From an uncultured Corynebacterium sp. (lineage in GTDB: Bacteria; Actinomycetota; Actinomycetes; Mycobacteriales; Mycobacteriaceae), in NCBI RefSeq assembly GCF_902489365.1, contig NZ_CABTZR010000002.1, positions 7,294-71,293 of the forward strand: a DNA stretch of 64,000 nucleotides, read 5' to 3'. How positions within the stretch are numbered: the first letter of the stretch is position 1; each line of letters starts with the position of its first letter. The notes below the pieces were generated by a model. It made no database searches. It worked only from the letters and a program-made list of their open reading frames with translations, and was not told where the DNA came from. Shown one piece after another: positions 1 to 9,805 of this stretch. A program made the translations under genes and the position numbers.

Positions 1-1394
1 GCCGGTGCAGAGGCGGTCTCCTCCAGGGAGGCAAAGCGCGGGCGCTGTTCCTTCTTGGGCTTGCGGGCCTCTTGGCGGACCTGCTGGAGTACTTCCTCCG
101 GGTTGGGCCAGCCCACCCAGCCGGCTAGGCGGCGGGCGTATTCGCGCTGCAGAGGTTGGTCCCGGATCTGAGCCACGACGGGCACCGCGCGGCGCAGGGC
201 TTGGAGGCGTCCTTCGGCGGAGTCGATGCTGAAGTCTGAGATAACAGAGCGGATGACGAACTCGAACATGGGGATGCGGTCCGCCACCAAGTCGCGCACC
301 GCGGCGTCGCCGCGCTCTAAGCGCAGATCGCAGGGATCCATGCCATCGGGGGCCACGGAGACGAAGGACTGCCCGGTGAATTTCTGCTCGCCTTCAAAGG
401 CGCGCATGGCGGCCTTCTGACCGGCCTCATCACCGTCGAAGGTGTAGATGAGCTCGCCATGAAAGTAGGAATCATCCAACATGAGGCGGCGCAGCACCTG
501 CAGGTGGTCTGCGCCGAAGGCGGTACCACAGGAGGCCACGGCAGTCTTTACGCCCGCGGCGTACATGGCCATGACATCCGTATAGCCCTCCACCACCACG
601 GCCTGGTGTTGCTCCGCGATGTTGCGCTTGGCCAAATCCAGGCCGAAGAGCACCTTGGACTTGTGATAGAGCATGGTCTCGGGCGTGTTCATGTACTTGC
701 CCAGCTTGTCATCGTCGAAAAGCTTGCGTGCGCCGAAGCCGATGACGTTGCCGGATAAGTCCTTGATCGGCCACAGCAGACGCCGGTGGAAGCGGTCGAT
801 GGGGCCGCGCTTGCCCATCTTGGAAATGCCGGCGGCTTCAAGCTCCTCGAAGGAAAAGCCCATGCGCAACAGGTGCTTGGTGGCGGTATCCCAGCCCTCC
901 GGGGCGTAGCCACATTCAAACTCGTAGATAATTTCCTTGGAGAAGCCGCGGTCCAGGAGGAACTCACGTGCAGCGGCGGCCTGCGGGGTTTCCAGCTGCT
1001 GGCGGTAGAACTCGTGCGCGGCCTTGTTCGCGGCGATAAGCCGACGGCGCGTGCCGGGCTTCTCGTCGCGCGCACCGGTGGAGCCGCCTTGGTAGTTGAT
1101 GTGGTAGCCAATCTTCTGGGCTACGGCCTCAACGGCCTCCGGGAAGGAGACTTGCTCCATCTCCATGAGGAAGCTGAAAACATCCCCGCCCTTGCCGGTG
1201 GAGAAGCAGTGATAGTAGCCGCGCTGCGGGCGCACGTGGAAGGATGGGGTCTTCTCGTCTTTGAAGGGGCTCAAGCCCTTCAAAGAGTCATAGCCAGCGG
1301 GTTTGAGCTGGACGTATTCGCCCACGATCTCATCAATAGGCGCGCGTTCACGGATAGCTTGGATATCGCTGTCCGGAATTCTGCCTCGTGCCAT
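1..1394 (-). CDS. dnaG: DNA primase (runs off the window at its 3' end)
   Basis: Manual translation from ATG at 1394: MARGRIPDSDIQAIRERAPIDEIVGEYVQLK...KYMNTPET...VVVEGYTDV...TFDGDEAGQKAA (TOPRIM motifs). Not in the ORF track because there is no stop in the window. Confidence 0.97.
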   Translation of the reverse strand, partial: MARGRIPDSDIQAIRERAPIDEIVGEYVQLKPAGYDSLKGLSPFKDEKTPSFHVRPQRGYYHCFSTGKGGDVFSFLMEMEQVSFPEAVEAVAQKIGYHINYQGGSTGARDEKPGTRRRLIAANKAAHEFYRQQLETPQAAAAREFLLDRGFSKEIIYEFECGYAPEGWDTATKHLLRMGFSFEELEAAGISKMGKRGPIDRFHRRLLWPIKDLSGNVIGFGARKLFDDDKLGKYMNTPETMLYHKSKVLFGLDLAKRNIAEQHQAVVVEGYTDVMAMYAAGVKTAVASCGTAFGADHLQVLRRLMLDDSYFHGELIYTFDGDEAGQKAAMRAFEGEQKFTGQSFVSVAPDGMDPCDLRLERGDAAVRDLVADRIPMFEFVIRSVISDFSIDSAEGRLQALRRAVPVVAQIRDQPLQREYARRLAGWVGWPNPEEVLQQVRQEARKPKKEQRPRFASLEETASAP

Positions 1395-1551
1395 GCGTAC
1401 AGACTACCCCGCCCACGCAAGGTACAGGTACCCACGGCTGGGTGGGCTAGAGCTGCGAGTCCCACATCCTGGAAGAACCCATATGTGGGAATTGGGAAAA
1501 GAGCGCGGTCCTGATTTCTTTTTCTGCCCTGGCACCTGCAATGATGGGGCC

Positions 1552-2079
1552 ATGGCCCAGTCTTCCCCTTCTAAAAAGTCGCTGCCGGCTCTGATCGGTG
1601 GTGCGGTTCTCGTCCTCGTCGCGGGTTACTTCGGCATCGACCTCGGTGACTCTAGCGATGGCGCGGACCAGAAGGCAGCACCGTCTTCCGCTGCGGCTGG
1701 TGCATCCTCTGCCGCTGGTGCGTCTGGTGTCAATGGTGGGGATGAGGGGGACGTCGCCAAGCAGGACGATTCAGACCTGCCCACCTGTTCCATGGATTCC
1801 TTGCCCCAGGAGGCCTATGACACGGCCAGCGATATCCTGGCTGGCGGCCCCTATGACTATCCGGATAATGACAACGTGCGGTTTGGCAACTATGAGGGTG
1901 TGCTGCCGCAGCAGGACAGGAATTACTACCGCGAATACACCGTGGAAACACCGGGGATTGGGCACCGCGGGGCCAAGCGCATTGTTACCGGTGGCGGCAG
2001 TGAAACCGACCCAGATGTCTGGTACTACACCGATGACCACTACGACAGCTTCTGCAGCATCCCGGACGCGGAGGACTAA
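1552..2079 (+). CDS. Secreted/membrane-anchored guanyl-specific ribonuclease (RNase Sa/barnase family)
   Basis: N-terminal hydrophobic segment, then FGNYEGVLP..YYREYTV..RGAKRIVTGG..YYTDDHY.SF; start taken at MAQSS. Confidence 0.9.
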   Translation: MAQSSPSKKSLPALIGGAVLVLVAGYFGIDLGDSSDGADQKAAPSSAAAGASSAAGASGVNGGDEGDVAKQDDSDLPTCSMDSLPQEAYDTASDILAGGPYDYPDNDNVRFGNYEGVLPQQDRNYYREYTVETPGIGHRGAKRIVTGGGSETDPDVWYYTDDHYDSFCSIPDAED

Positions 2080-2082
2080 GAC

Positions 2083-2316
2083 ATGCAGCGAATCCTAATT
2101 ACTGAGCCCATCCGTACGCGCGAGGACTTTTATGGTGCGCTCGGCCGCCTGCGCGGCTGCCAGTCCGGTGCGCCGCGCAACCTCGATGCTTTGGCCGATT
2201 TCCTCCGCGAACAGCACATCGTGGCGATTATCGCTGCGGATTTCGACATGGTCGAGGAAGACCTGGCCCCGATCAGCATGGTGCTGAAGGACCAGGGTGT
2301 CGCGCTCGTGCGCTAG
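2083..2316 (+). CDS. Barstar-like ribonuclease inhibitor
   Basis: 77 aa with EDFY..L and PRNLDALADFL motifs; 3 nt after the RNase gene. Confidence 0.75.
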   Translation: MQRILITEPIRTREDFYGALGRLRGCQSGAPRNLDALADFLREQHIVAIIAADFDMVEEDLAPISMVLKDQGVALVR

Positions 2317-3587
2317 CTCAAGAAACCGAAGAGATCAGCGCTGCGCTGCGCTAGGCGCTCCAGACGTGACTCGGTCATGGAGGCGATCTGGTCGATGATG
2401 GCGCGGTCGCGCTCCAAATCGGTGTCGGCTTGCTTCCACCACAGAGCGAAGGTGGCGTCCAGCGAGCCCGGCGCGCCCGCCACGAGGTAGTCGTAGACGC
2501 GGTAGATGCGCTCGCGCTGGCGGTCTTGGCGGGCCAGATGGGCAGGCTCATCCATGACGTAGAGCACGGCGATGGTCTTAAGCAAGGTTACCTCCGCCAC
2601 CGCGCCGGGTGGGACGGCGAGGTCGCCATGCATGCGGCCAAGCGGGCCGTCGTTAGCCGCGAGCGTGGCGGAGACGGTGGCGCCGACGTAGCGGCCGACA
2701 AGCTCCGAGGTCATCTTCTTTAAGTTGGCATAAGAGCGCAGGGAGTAGTCGAAGTTGCCGATGGCATTGATGACATCCAGCTGGCGCAGGCGGTCGGCGG
2801 CCTCGAGGAGCTCATCAGCTGTGCCGCCGAAGGCCTTTGCGCCCTTGTCCGCGAGGTTGGCCAGCTCCACCAGATCCCAGAGCACACCCAAAGAGATGCG
2901 GCGGGAGATGATGCCGTCTTCGACGTCGTGGACGGAATAGGCGATGTCATCTGACCAGTCCATGACCTGGGCTTCCATGGACTTGCGCTTATCGCTATGT
3001 CCCTGGCGCAGCCACTCCAGCACGTCTATGTCTTCGTCGTAGGCGCCGTATTTGCGGTTGGTGGTGCCTTCCGGGTTGGTCTTGGTCCAGGGGTATTTGC
3101 ATGCGGCATCCAGGGAGGCGCGCGTGAGGTTCAAGCCATAGCTGCGCGGGCCCGCCGGGGTATCCAAGACCACCTTGGGCTCCAACTTGGTCAGGATGCG
3201 CAGGGTCTGAGCGTTGCCCTCGAAGCCACCGAGGGCCACCTCGTTGAGGGCATTCTCGCCGTTGTGGCCGTAAGGCGGGTGGCCGATGTCGTGCGTCAGG
3301 CCCGCCATGTCGCACAGGTCCGGGTCCAGCCCTAAGCCGGCACCGATGCTGCGGGCAATCTGGCTGACCTCCAGGGAGTGCGTGAGCCGGGTGCGCGGGG
3401 TATCGCCATCGCGTGGGCCCACCACTTGGGTCTTATCAGCTAGGCGGCGCAGGGCCGCAGAATGCAGGACACGGGCGCGGTCCCGGGAGAAGGCGCCGCG
3501 GTGCTCCTCGCTGTTGAGCAGGGCCGAGCCTTTGGGTGACTCGGAGGCAAGGCGGGCGACGTCTTCTGCGCGATAGGAATAGCTCAC
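2313..3587 (-). CDS. dgt: Deoxyguanosinetriphosphate triphosphohydrolase
   Basis: RDRARVLHSAALRRLADKTQV, RTRLTHSLEV, HDIGHPPYGHNGE; GTG start at 3587. Confidence 0.95.
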   Translation of the reverse strand: MSYSYRAEDVARLASESPKGSALLNSEEHRGAFSRDRARVLHSAALRRLADKTQVVGPRDGDTPRTRLTHSLEVSQIARSIGAGLGLDPDLCDMAGLTHDIGHPPYGHNGENALNEVALGGFEGNAQTLRILTKLEPKVVLDTPAGPRSYGLNLTRASLDAACKYPWTKTNPEGTTNRKYGAYDEDIDVLEWLRQGHSDKRKSMEAQVMDWSDDIAYSVHDVEDGIISRRISLGVLWDLVELANLADKGAKAFGGTADELLEAADRLRQLDVINAIGNFDYSLRSYANLKKMTSELVGRYVGATVSATLAANDGPLGRMHGDLAVPPGAVAEVTLLKTIAVLYVMDEPAHLARQDRQRERIYRVYDYLVAGAPGSLDATFALWWKQADTDLERDRAIIDQIASMTESRLERLAQRSADLFGFLS

Positions 3588-3598
3588 GGTCTTTAAGC

Positions 3599-4183
3599 TT
3601 AGGCGGAGTCCTGGTCTTCCTGGGTCTGCCTCGCGCCAATGACGCGGTGGCGCAGGGCCTGGTTGGGGCGGATGAGCCGCTCGATACGGTAGAAGGCCGC
3701 GCGCACGCCTTCGCTGCGCTCCTCCCCCAGCAAGGTGCGCAGACCCAGATAGGCCAGGCCGCCGGTCTCGTGGGCCAGGTAGCGCCACCACGGGACGGAG
3801 AAACGCGGGGAAGGATAATAGGGCGTGCCCAGCACCGTGGCTGCAATCCCCTCCTGACGAGCGATGAGGAAAGTGCGCAGGCGGTGGAGCGGGTCGGTGA
3901 TGATGACGGCCTCTCTCACACCCAGCTTGTCGCGGGCAGCGGCCAGCTCGCTGCGGGTGTCGAGGCCTTCTTCGAGGGCGGTGACGTTGAGGGGGTCGTC
4001 GTCAAGCATGCGCTTGGCTACGCCGGCCTCGGTGAACCTATCGCCGGGCAAGTTCCCGCCCACGGTGATGATGGGCAGGTCGTGCGCGGCGGCGTATTCG
4101 GCGGCGAAGCGGACGCGGCCGCTCAGGATGCGGGAGGGGCGCCCGTCGTATTGCGCAGCGCCCAGGACAATAACGTACTTCAC
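3599..4183 (-). CDS. YdcF/SanA (DUF218) family protein
   Basis: IVLGAAQYDGRPS..L..R, GG...GDRFTEA, IITDPLH..R. Confidence 0.85.
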   Translation of the reverse strand: MKYVIVLGAAQYDGRPSRILSGRVRFAAEYAAAHDLPIITVGGNLPGDRFTEAGVAKRMLDDDPLNVTALEEGLDTRSELAAARDKLGVREAVIITDPLHRLRTFLIARQEGIAATVLGTPYYPSPRFSVPWWRYLAHETGGLAYLGLRTLLGEERSEGVRAAFYRIERLIRPNQALRHRVIGARQTQEDQDSA

Positions 4184-4226
4184 TGCCTGTCCACTTTAGC
4201 GTTGGGTGGCAGGTATCGTGGTGCGC

Positions 4227-6257
4227 ATGATTACTGCTGCTCGTTTTGGTCGCGCCGCCCTTGCTGCTCTTGTGTTGGGGTTGGCCACTGCTAGCCCCGC
4301 TGTGGCTGCGGATTTTCTTGTTGCCGCGCCGGAGGCGGCCTCCATTAAGGACAAGGTGACGGATGAGGCGGGGGTGCTCTCGGATTCGGAAAAAGCCGAG
4401 TTGGAGGACAAGATTAGCGCGCTGCAGCAGGAGCACCACGTGGTGATTTTCGTGGTCTTTGCCTCCTCGCTCCCGGAGAGCGCGGAGAGCTATGCGGGTG
4501 AAATTGTGCAGGCCAAGGGCCCGAACTCCGCGGCCTATGTGGTGGGCGTGGATGATTCCACCATAGGCGTGCAAACGGGTAAAGAGTGGCCGCGCGGGCG
4601 TCTAGACGCGATGTATGAGGCGGCTTATGCCAAGCTTGCCGACGGTCACCAGTACGGCCCCTCCGCGCTAGCGCTTGTCGACGCTGCCGCGACCGGTTCT
4701 TCGGGGTCTTCTTCCTCTTCTGGCGCGGATGATTCCGATGGGTCGGGCGGTTTGTGGCTGGCTGGCGGCGCAGGTGCCCTGGCGTTGGCCGGCGGTGGCA
4801 TCGCGGTGGCGAGCCGGCGCAAGACCAAGAAGGACTCGGCGGCCACGCTGGAGTCAGCGCGCCAGATTGAGCCGGGTAATACCGCGCAGCTGGACCGCCT
4901 GGACATGGCGACCTTGGAGAAGCTGGCACAGGAAGAGCTGGTCTCCACCGATGAATCGATTCGCCGCGGCAAGGAGGAGCTGGATATTGCGGTGGCCGAG
5001 TTCGGCCCCGAGCGCACCCGCCCGTTTACGCGCGCGATGAACCACTCCACGCTCACTCTGCAGAAGGCTTTCCAGCTGCAGCAGAAGCTGCAGGACAACC
5101 TGCCGGAATCCACGGCTGAGCGCCGCCAGATGCTGGTGGAGATTATCTCCTCCTGCGGGCAGGCCGATGATGCCTTGGATGAGCAGGCCGCCGACTTTGC
5201 CAGGATGCGCGATTTGCTCATGAATGCTGGGTCCAAGCTGGATGAGCTGACTCGCCGGGTGGTCGACCTTCGCGGGCGCTTGCCGCAGGCGCGCGCTACC
5301 TTGTCTACTCTCGGCGGCTCCTATTCCGAGGAAGTATTGTCCTCCATTGCGGATAACCCGGAGATGGCGGAGGTCTCACTCACCGAGGCAGAGAAGCTGC
5401 TTGAGCGCGGCAGGTCGCTGCAGTCCCAACCAGCTGGCCAGCAGGGCCCGTTGGTGGGCTATATCCGCGATGCCGAGCACGCGCTGGAGATCTCCGACCG
5501 CCTGCTGAATGGCGTGGAGAATGCGGAGAACTCGATCACTGCAGCTCGCGATAATCTGCCGGCGCTCATCGATGAGGTCGAGGAAGAAATCGCCGAGGCC
5601 CAACACCTTGAGCAGCGCGGCAAGGCCCAAGGTTCGACTGCAGATTGGGCCGCTTTGGAGGAGTTGCTGGCCCGCGCCCGGGAGGCTCTGCGCGCGGCCC
5701 GCGAGCAGGGTCAGGGCGATCCGCTGGGTCAGTACACGGCTCTGACGGCTATCGATGGTGAGCTCGACCAACAGCTGGATACCGTCCGAGAGACCAACGC
5801 CACCCGCGAGCGTCAGATTGCGCTCTACCGCCAACAGATGGCCGCGGCCGAATCCGCTATCCAGGCAGCTGAGGACTTGCTCTCCTCGCGTGGTCGCGTG
5901 GTGGGCCCCGATGCGCGTGTGGCTCTTGCCGATGCCACCCGCCTCTTCGCCCAAGCCCAAAACTCCGCGTCTAAGGACTTGCGCGCGGCCCTCAACTACT
6001 CCCGTGATGCCGCTTCTGCCGCGCAGACTTCGCTCAACCGAGCGAAGGAAGACCTAGAGGCTTACCGCCGTCAGGAGCAGCGCCGCCAGGCCACCGATGC
6101 CGCGGGCAACATCCTGACCGGCATGGTGTTGGGCCAGATTCTCGGCGGCGGTAGCTCCCGCGGCCACCACGGTGGTGGCTTCGGTGGTGGATTCTCCGGC
6201 GGAGGAGGCTTCGGAGGCGGCGGCGGTGGTGGCGGCTTCCGCGGCGGCTCCTTCTAG
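4227..6257 (+). CDS. TPM-domain membrane protein with long coiled coil and Gly-rich C-terminus
   Basis: Signal peptide, VTDEAGVLS (TPM start), TM segment, coiled coil, GGGFGG tail; ATG at 4227 follows TATCGT by 7 nt. Confidence 0.85.
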   Translation: MITAARFGRAALAALVLGLATASPAVAADFLVAAPEAASIKDKVTDEAGVLSDSEKAELEDKISALQQEHHVVIFVVFASSLPESAESYAGEIVQAKGPNSAAYVVGVDDSTIGVQTGKEWPRGRLDAMYEAAYAKLADGHQYGPSALALVDAAATGSSGSSSSSGADDSDGSGGLWLAGGAGALALAGGGIAVASRRKTKKDSAATLESARQIEPGNTAQLDRLDMATLEKLAQEELVSTDESIRRGKEELDIAVAEFGPERTRPFTRAMNHSTLTLQKAFQLQQKLQDNLPESTAERRQMLVEIISSCGQADDALDEQAADFARMRDLLMNAGSKLDELTRRVVDLRGRLPQARATLSTLGGSYSEEVLSSIADNPEMAEVSLTEAEKLLERGRSLQSQPAGQQGPLVGYIRDAEHALEISDRLLNGVENAENSITAARDNLPALIDEVEEEIAEAQHLEQRGKAQGSTADWAALEELLARAREALRAAREQGQGDPLGQYTALTAIDGELDQQLDTVRETNATRERQIALYRQQMAAAESAIQAAEDLLSSRGRVVGPDARVALADATRLFAQAQNSASKDLRAALNYSRDAASAAQTSLNRAKEDLEAYRRQEQRRQATDAAGNILTGMVLGQILGGGSSRGHHGGGFGGGFSGGGGFGGGGGGGGFRGGSF

Positions 6258-6405
6258 CCGCTCTCCTGCTTCTCCCCTTCTCTCCTGCCCCACGCCTTCC
6301 GGCTGCGACTCCGTTTCGCCGACCTCTTCACCCTTTCCGCGCCTAGTCCTCGAAACCCCCGGCCCACGCCCGGTATCTCCCAACCGGGGCGGTCCCACAT
6401 GGCGC

Positions 6406-6590
6406 CGCATCTCGCAAAAGGCGCCTTGCAAAAGGCATCTTCTAGAAGGCGTTTTTACAGCTAAAAACGCCTTTTACACCCTCGACATGGCGTTTTCAGA
6501 CCCAAAGACGCCTTTTGACAGATGCCGTCTGCGAGATGCCTTCTACCGGACTGCCGGATGCCACCTATGAGACGCCTTCTGCCGGATTTT
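6406..6590. repeat. Palindromic element type B (GGCRT/RYGCC core), 14-nt periodic arms and two 24-nt hairpins
   Basis: Units cgcatctcgcaaaa, ggcgccttgcaaaa, ggcatcttctagaa; hairpins 6448-6471 and 6489-6512; mirror units ttttgacagatgcc, gtctgcgagatgcc. Confidence 0.85.
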
Positions 6591-6711
6591 CTTTGCACAC
6601 ATAGGGCCGCTGGACACCGACCCGGTAGTCGGCCGAGCAAACACACTCGGAGAGCTCCTCTTCGAAGACAAACTCCACTACTCGCATGTCGGTGCAGGTC
6701 ATATCGCGGGA

Positions 6712-6845
6712 GGTTCCTTTAGTTTGGTGCCTTTATTCTGGTCCCTTTGCCCAGTAAAGGGACCATTTATCAGACGAGAAGCTGCGTCACATGGTCCCTT
6801 TGCACTCATAAGGGACCAGAGTAGAGGAACCAAACTAGAAGGACC
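6712..6845. repeat. Palindromic element type A (GGTCCC/GGGACC core), copy 1
   Basis: 14-nt units ggttcctttagttt, ggtgcctttattct; two tggtccctt..aagggacca hairpins 26 nt apart; mirror arm; inverted relative to the copies at 12786 and 19010. Confidence 0.9.
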
Positions 6846-6968
6846 GTCTGTGGGAGAGCGGAAAGCAGGGCCTAGCAGGCAGGCAGCAAGAAAGCGAGGT
6901 GGGCTTAGACGGGCAGCAGTGCGAAGTAGGGGTTCGGTGCACAAATGGGCGGCGCTGCGGAAGGTGGG

Positions 6969-7391
6969 TTAGGTGCGAAGGGGGCGGGTGGAACCGTCGA
7001 GAAGCAGGCAACAGTAGCTGGTGAAAACCGCGTCGGTGAGGGGCAGCTCGCCCACTGCGACTTCGAGGTCGCGGCCCCGCGGGGTGGTGCGGGCAACCTC
7101 GCTGGCGGTGCCAGACAGAGCGAGGATGCGGCGCTGCCGGCGGAATGGATTCGTGCGCTCAAGCAGGTACTCGCGGCCCTGACAGAGCGCGCGCAGCTTG
7201 TTCACCGTGAAGCTGGCCTGCTCCGCGGAAAAGTCAGCACCGCGCACCGCGAAACGGCGCGCGCCCGGGGTGTGCTCGAAGGCGATGGTGGTGCCCGTCC
7301 CGTGCAGCACTAGGCCCGTCGGGGCCACGCGGGCGATGACCTCGCCCGCGTCATCCACCAGCGCCCCGTCGCGCCACACCCAGCGTTGCAT
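6969..7391 (-). CDS. Hypothetical protein (140 aa)
   Basis: Start overlaps the stop of the upstream ORF in the glyS operon; protein-like composition. Confidence 0.7.
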   Translation of the reverse strand: MQRWVWRDGALVDDAGEVIARVAPTGLVLHGTGTTIAFEHTPGARRFAVRGADFSAEQASFTVNKLRALCQGREYLLERTNPFRRQRRILALSGTASEVARTTPRGRDLEVAVGELPLTDAVFTSYCCLLLDGSTRPLRT

Positions 7392-7909
7392 CAGAGAAGC
7401 ACCGTAATGATGGCGACGATGGTCATGAGCAACAGCGTGGCGATAATTGGGACAGCAGTCTTCTGCGTCCGGGCCTCCAAAATGACACGCGTAAACCAGC
7501 TCAGGGCAGCAATCTCCGAATGGCTGAGGTCATCGGAATCATCGCTGTCCTCGCCCTCGAATTCGAGGATGGCCTTGCGCACGCCAGAGTTCTTAGAGGA
7601 GAACTGGGCGATTTTCAGCCCCTCGTGGTCCTCAACAATCCAGTCGCCGCCGGCCTCGTTGATGAAGGCAAAGGTGCGCCCATCCAGGGAGGCCTCCAAG
7701 CGCTTGTCGCGCTTGGGGTTGCCCGCCAGGCGGTAGACGCGGTCGTCTTCCAGCGTCACCGACGCACCCAGGTCATCGAGGCCCAGCCGCCAGTGCTCGC
7801 CTTCCACGTCCGCTGAGCGTTCCTGGAACATGCCCAACGACGCCGGCCCCTCCCCCACGAGGAGGACCGGGTTCTGGCGGTCACTGCGGTCCCAGCTGGT
7901 GTAGTGCAT
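7391..7909 (-). CDS. Hypothetical protein with C-terminal TM anchor (172 aa)
   Basis: Coupled to the glyS stop; ends in IIATLLLMTIVAIITVLL. Confidence 0.8.
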   Translation of the reverse strand: MHYTSWDRSDRQNPVLLVGEGPASLGMFQERSADVEGEHWRLGLDDLGASVTLEDDRVYRLAGNPKRDKRLEASLDGRTFAFINEAGGDWIVEDHEGLKIAQFSSKNSGVRKAILEFEGEDSDDSDDLSHSEIAALSWFTRVILEARTQKTAVPIIATLLLMTIVAIITVLL

Positions 7910-9288
7910 TAGCAGCCAACCAGGCGGGCGGCCAGGTAAGCCTCAAGCTCATCGAGCTTGACGCGCTCCTGCTCCATGGAGTCACGCTCACGCACGGTGA
8001 CCGCGTTGTCCTCGAGGGTGTCGAAATCGTAGGTCACGCAGAACGGCGTACCGATTTCGTCCTGGCGGCGGTAGCGGCGGCCGATGGCACCGGAAACATC
8101 GAACTCCACGTTCCAGTTGGCGCGCAGCTTGTTCGCCAGTTCGCGGGCCGGGGTGGACAGCTCTTCCTTCTTGGACAGCGGCAGCACGGCCACCTTGACC
8201 GGTGCCAGACGGCGGTCCAGGCGCAGCACCACGCGCTTATCGGTGCCGCCCTTGGCGTTCGGGGCCTCTTCCTCGTCGTAAGCATCGATAAGGAAAGCCA
8301 TCATGGCGCGGCCCAGGCCGGCAGCCGGCTCGATGACGTACGGGGTCCAGCGCTCGCCAGCCTCCTGGTCAAAGTAGGACAGGTCCTCGCCCGAGCCCTT
8401 GGTGTGCACGGAAAGGTCGTAGTCCGTACGGTTGGCCACGCCTTCCAGCTCGCCCCACTTGGAGCCCTTGAAGTTATAGGCGTACTCCACGTCCACGGTG
8501 CGCTTGGAGTAGTGGGAAAGCTTCTCTTGCGGGTGCTCGTAGAGGCGCAGGTTCTCTTCCTTAATACCCAGGTCGATGTACCAGTTAAAGCGGTCATCGA
8601 TCCAGTACTGGTGCCACTCTTCGTCCTCGCCCGGCTTAACGAAGAACTCCATCTCCATCTGCTCGAACTCGCGGGTACGGAAGATGAAGTTACCCGGGGT
8701 AATCTCGTTGCGGAAGGACTTACCGATGTTCGCGATACCGAACGGCGGCTTCATGCGCGCCGAGGTCATCACGTTCTTGAAGTTCACGAAGATCCCCTGC
8801 GCGGTCTCCGGGCGCAGGTAGTGCAGACCCTGCTCATCGTCGACGGGTCCCAGGAAAGTCTTGAGCAGACCGGAGAAAGCCTTCGGCTCGGTCCAGTCAC
8901 CCGGCTGGCCGGTTTCCGGATCGTTGATGTCAGCCAGCCCGTTGGCCGGCTCGTGGCCGTGCTTTTCCTCGTAGGCCTCGATCAGGTGGTCCGCGCGGTA
9001 GCGCTTACCGGTGTGCTTGGACTCCACCAGCGGGTCGGTGAAAACCTCGACGTGGCCGGAGGACACCCACACCTGGCGCGGCTGGATTACGGACGTATCG
9101 ACACCCACGACGTCATCGCGGGACTGCACCATGTGGCGCCACCACTGGCGCTTGATGTTTTCCTTGAGCTCGACGCCAAGCGGGCCGTAGTCCCACGCAG
9201 AGCGGGAACCGCCATAAATCTCACCTGCCTGGTAGACCAAGCCGCGGCGCTTACACAGGCTGACGACGGTATCAATGACGGATGCCAT
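7909..9288 (-). CDS. glyS: Glycine--tRNA ligase (homodimeric type)
   Basis: [49 protein letters not shown]. Confidence 0.98.
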   Translation of the reverse strand: MASVIDTVVSLCKRRGLVYQAGEIYGGSRSAWDYGPLGVELKENIKRQWWRHMVQSRDDVVGVDTSVIQPRQVWVSSGHVEVFTDPLVESKHTGKRYRADHLIEAYEEKHGHEPANGLADINDPETGQPGDWTEPKAFSGLLKTFLGPVDDEQGLHYLRPETAQGIFVNFKNVMTSARMKPPFGIANIGKSFRNEITPGNFIFRTREFEQMEMEFFVKPGEDEEWHQYWIDDRFNWYIDLGIKEENLRLYEHPQEKLSHYSKRTVDVEYAYNFKGSKWGELEGVANRTDYDLSVHTKGSGEDLSYFDQEAGERWTPYVIEPAAGLGRAMMAFLIDAYDEEEAPNAKGGTDKRVVLRLDRRLAPVKVAVLPLSKKEELSTPARELANKLRANWNVEFDVSGAIGRRYRRQDEIGTPFCVTYDFDTLEDNAVTVRERDSMEQERVKLDELEAYLAARLVGC

Positions 9289-9469
9289 AGCTAATGGGAC
9301 TCCTCTGGTAGGGGACAGTCTTTATACAGTGCGGCCTAGTCTAGCGTGCCCCCTCACAACGCGTGCCTTCACCCCGAAAGTGTGGTGTATTTTATACACT
9401 TTTCCGCATTCTTCAGCTATAGTACCGATAGCTCTCTTTTTAACTCTCCATCAATAGATATGACTGAAG

Positions 9470-9778
9470 GTGAATGGCGTGACCAACACCCAGAGCGAAG
9501 CTCTCCCTTTCGATCGTGCCGCGGCTGCCACCGTGATTAGCGCTTTGGATTCACCATTGCGCATCGATATCATTCAGCGCCTCTCCGAGCGCGACCACTA
9601 TGTCCACGAGCTGGTCTCCGCGACCGGCAAATCGCAGCCGCTTATCAGCCAGCACCTGCGGGTTTTGAAGCGCGCGAACATCGTCGACAGCGAGCGCACC
9701 GGCCGCGAAGTCCGCTACTCTTTGGTGGCCCCTAAGGTGCTGCCTTTGCTTCGCGACGCCTCACTGGCCACCCTTTAA
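9470..9778 (+). CDS. ArsR/SmtB family transcriptional regulator (Znr-like)
   Basis: SQPLISQHLRVLK...R.GREV.Y; upstream of zur. Confidence 0.9.
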   Translation: MNGVTNTQSEALPFDRAAAATVISALDSPLRIDIIQRLSERDHYVHELVSATGKSQPLISQHLRVLKRANIVDSERTGREVRYSLVAPKVLPLLRDASLATL

Positions 9779-9805
9779 TGGAAATGTGTTGATAAACTAA
9801 GCCCC

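Noticed and set aside
6172..6972. Short ORFs over the intergenic repeats (also 12743-13342 and 18870-19151)
   Set aside because: Their mutual peptide similarity is explained by the DNA repeats, whose 14-nt period is not a multiple of 3.
9776..9798. Zur box between arsR and zur
   Set aside because: taatggaaatgtgttgataaa matches the palindromic consensus only in its left half and is better explained as a leaderless promoter (TAAACT-N7-ATG).
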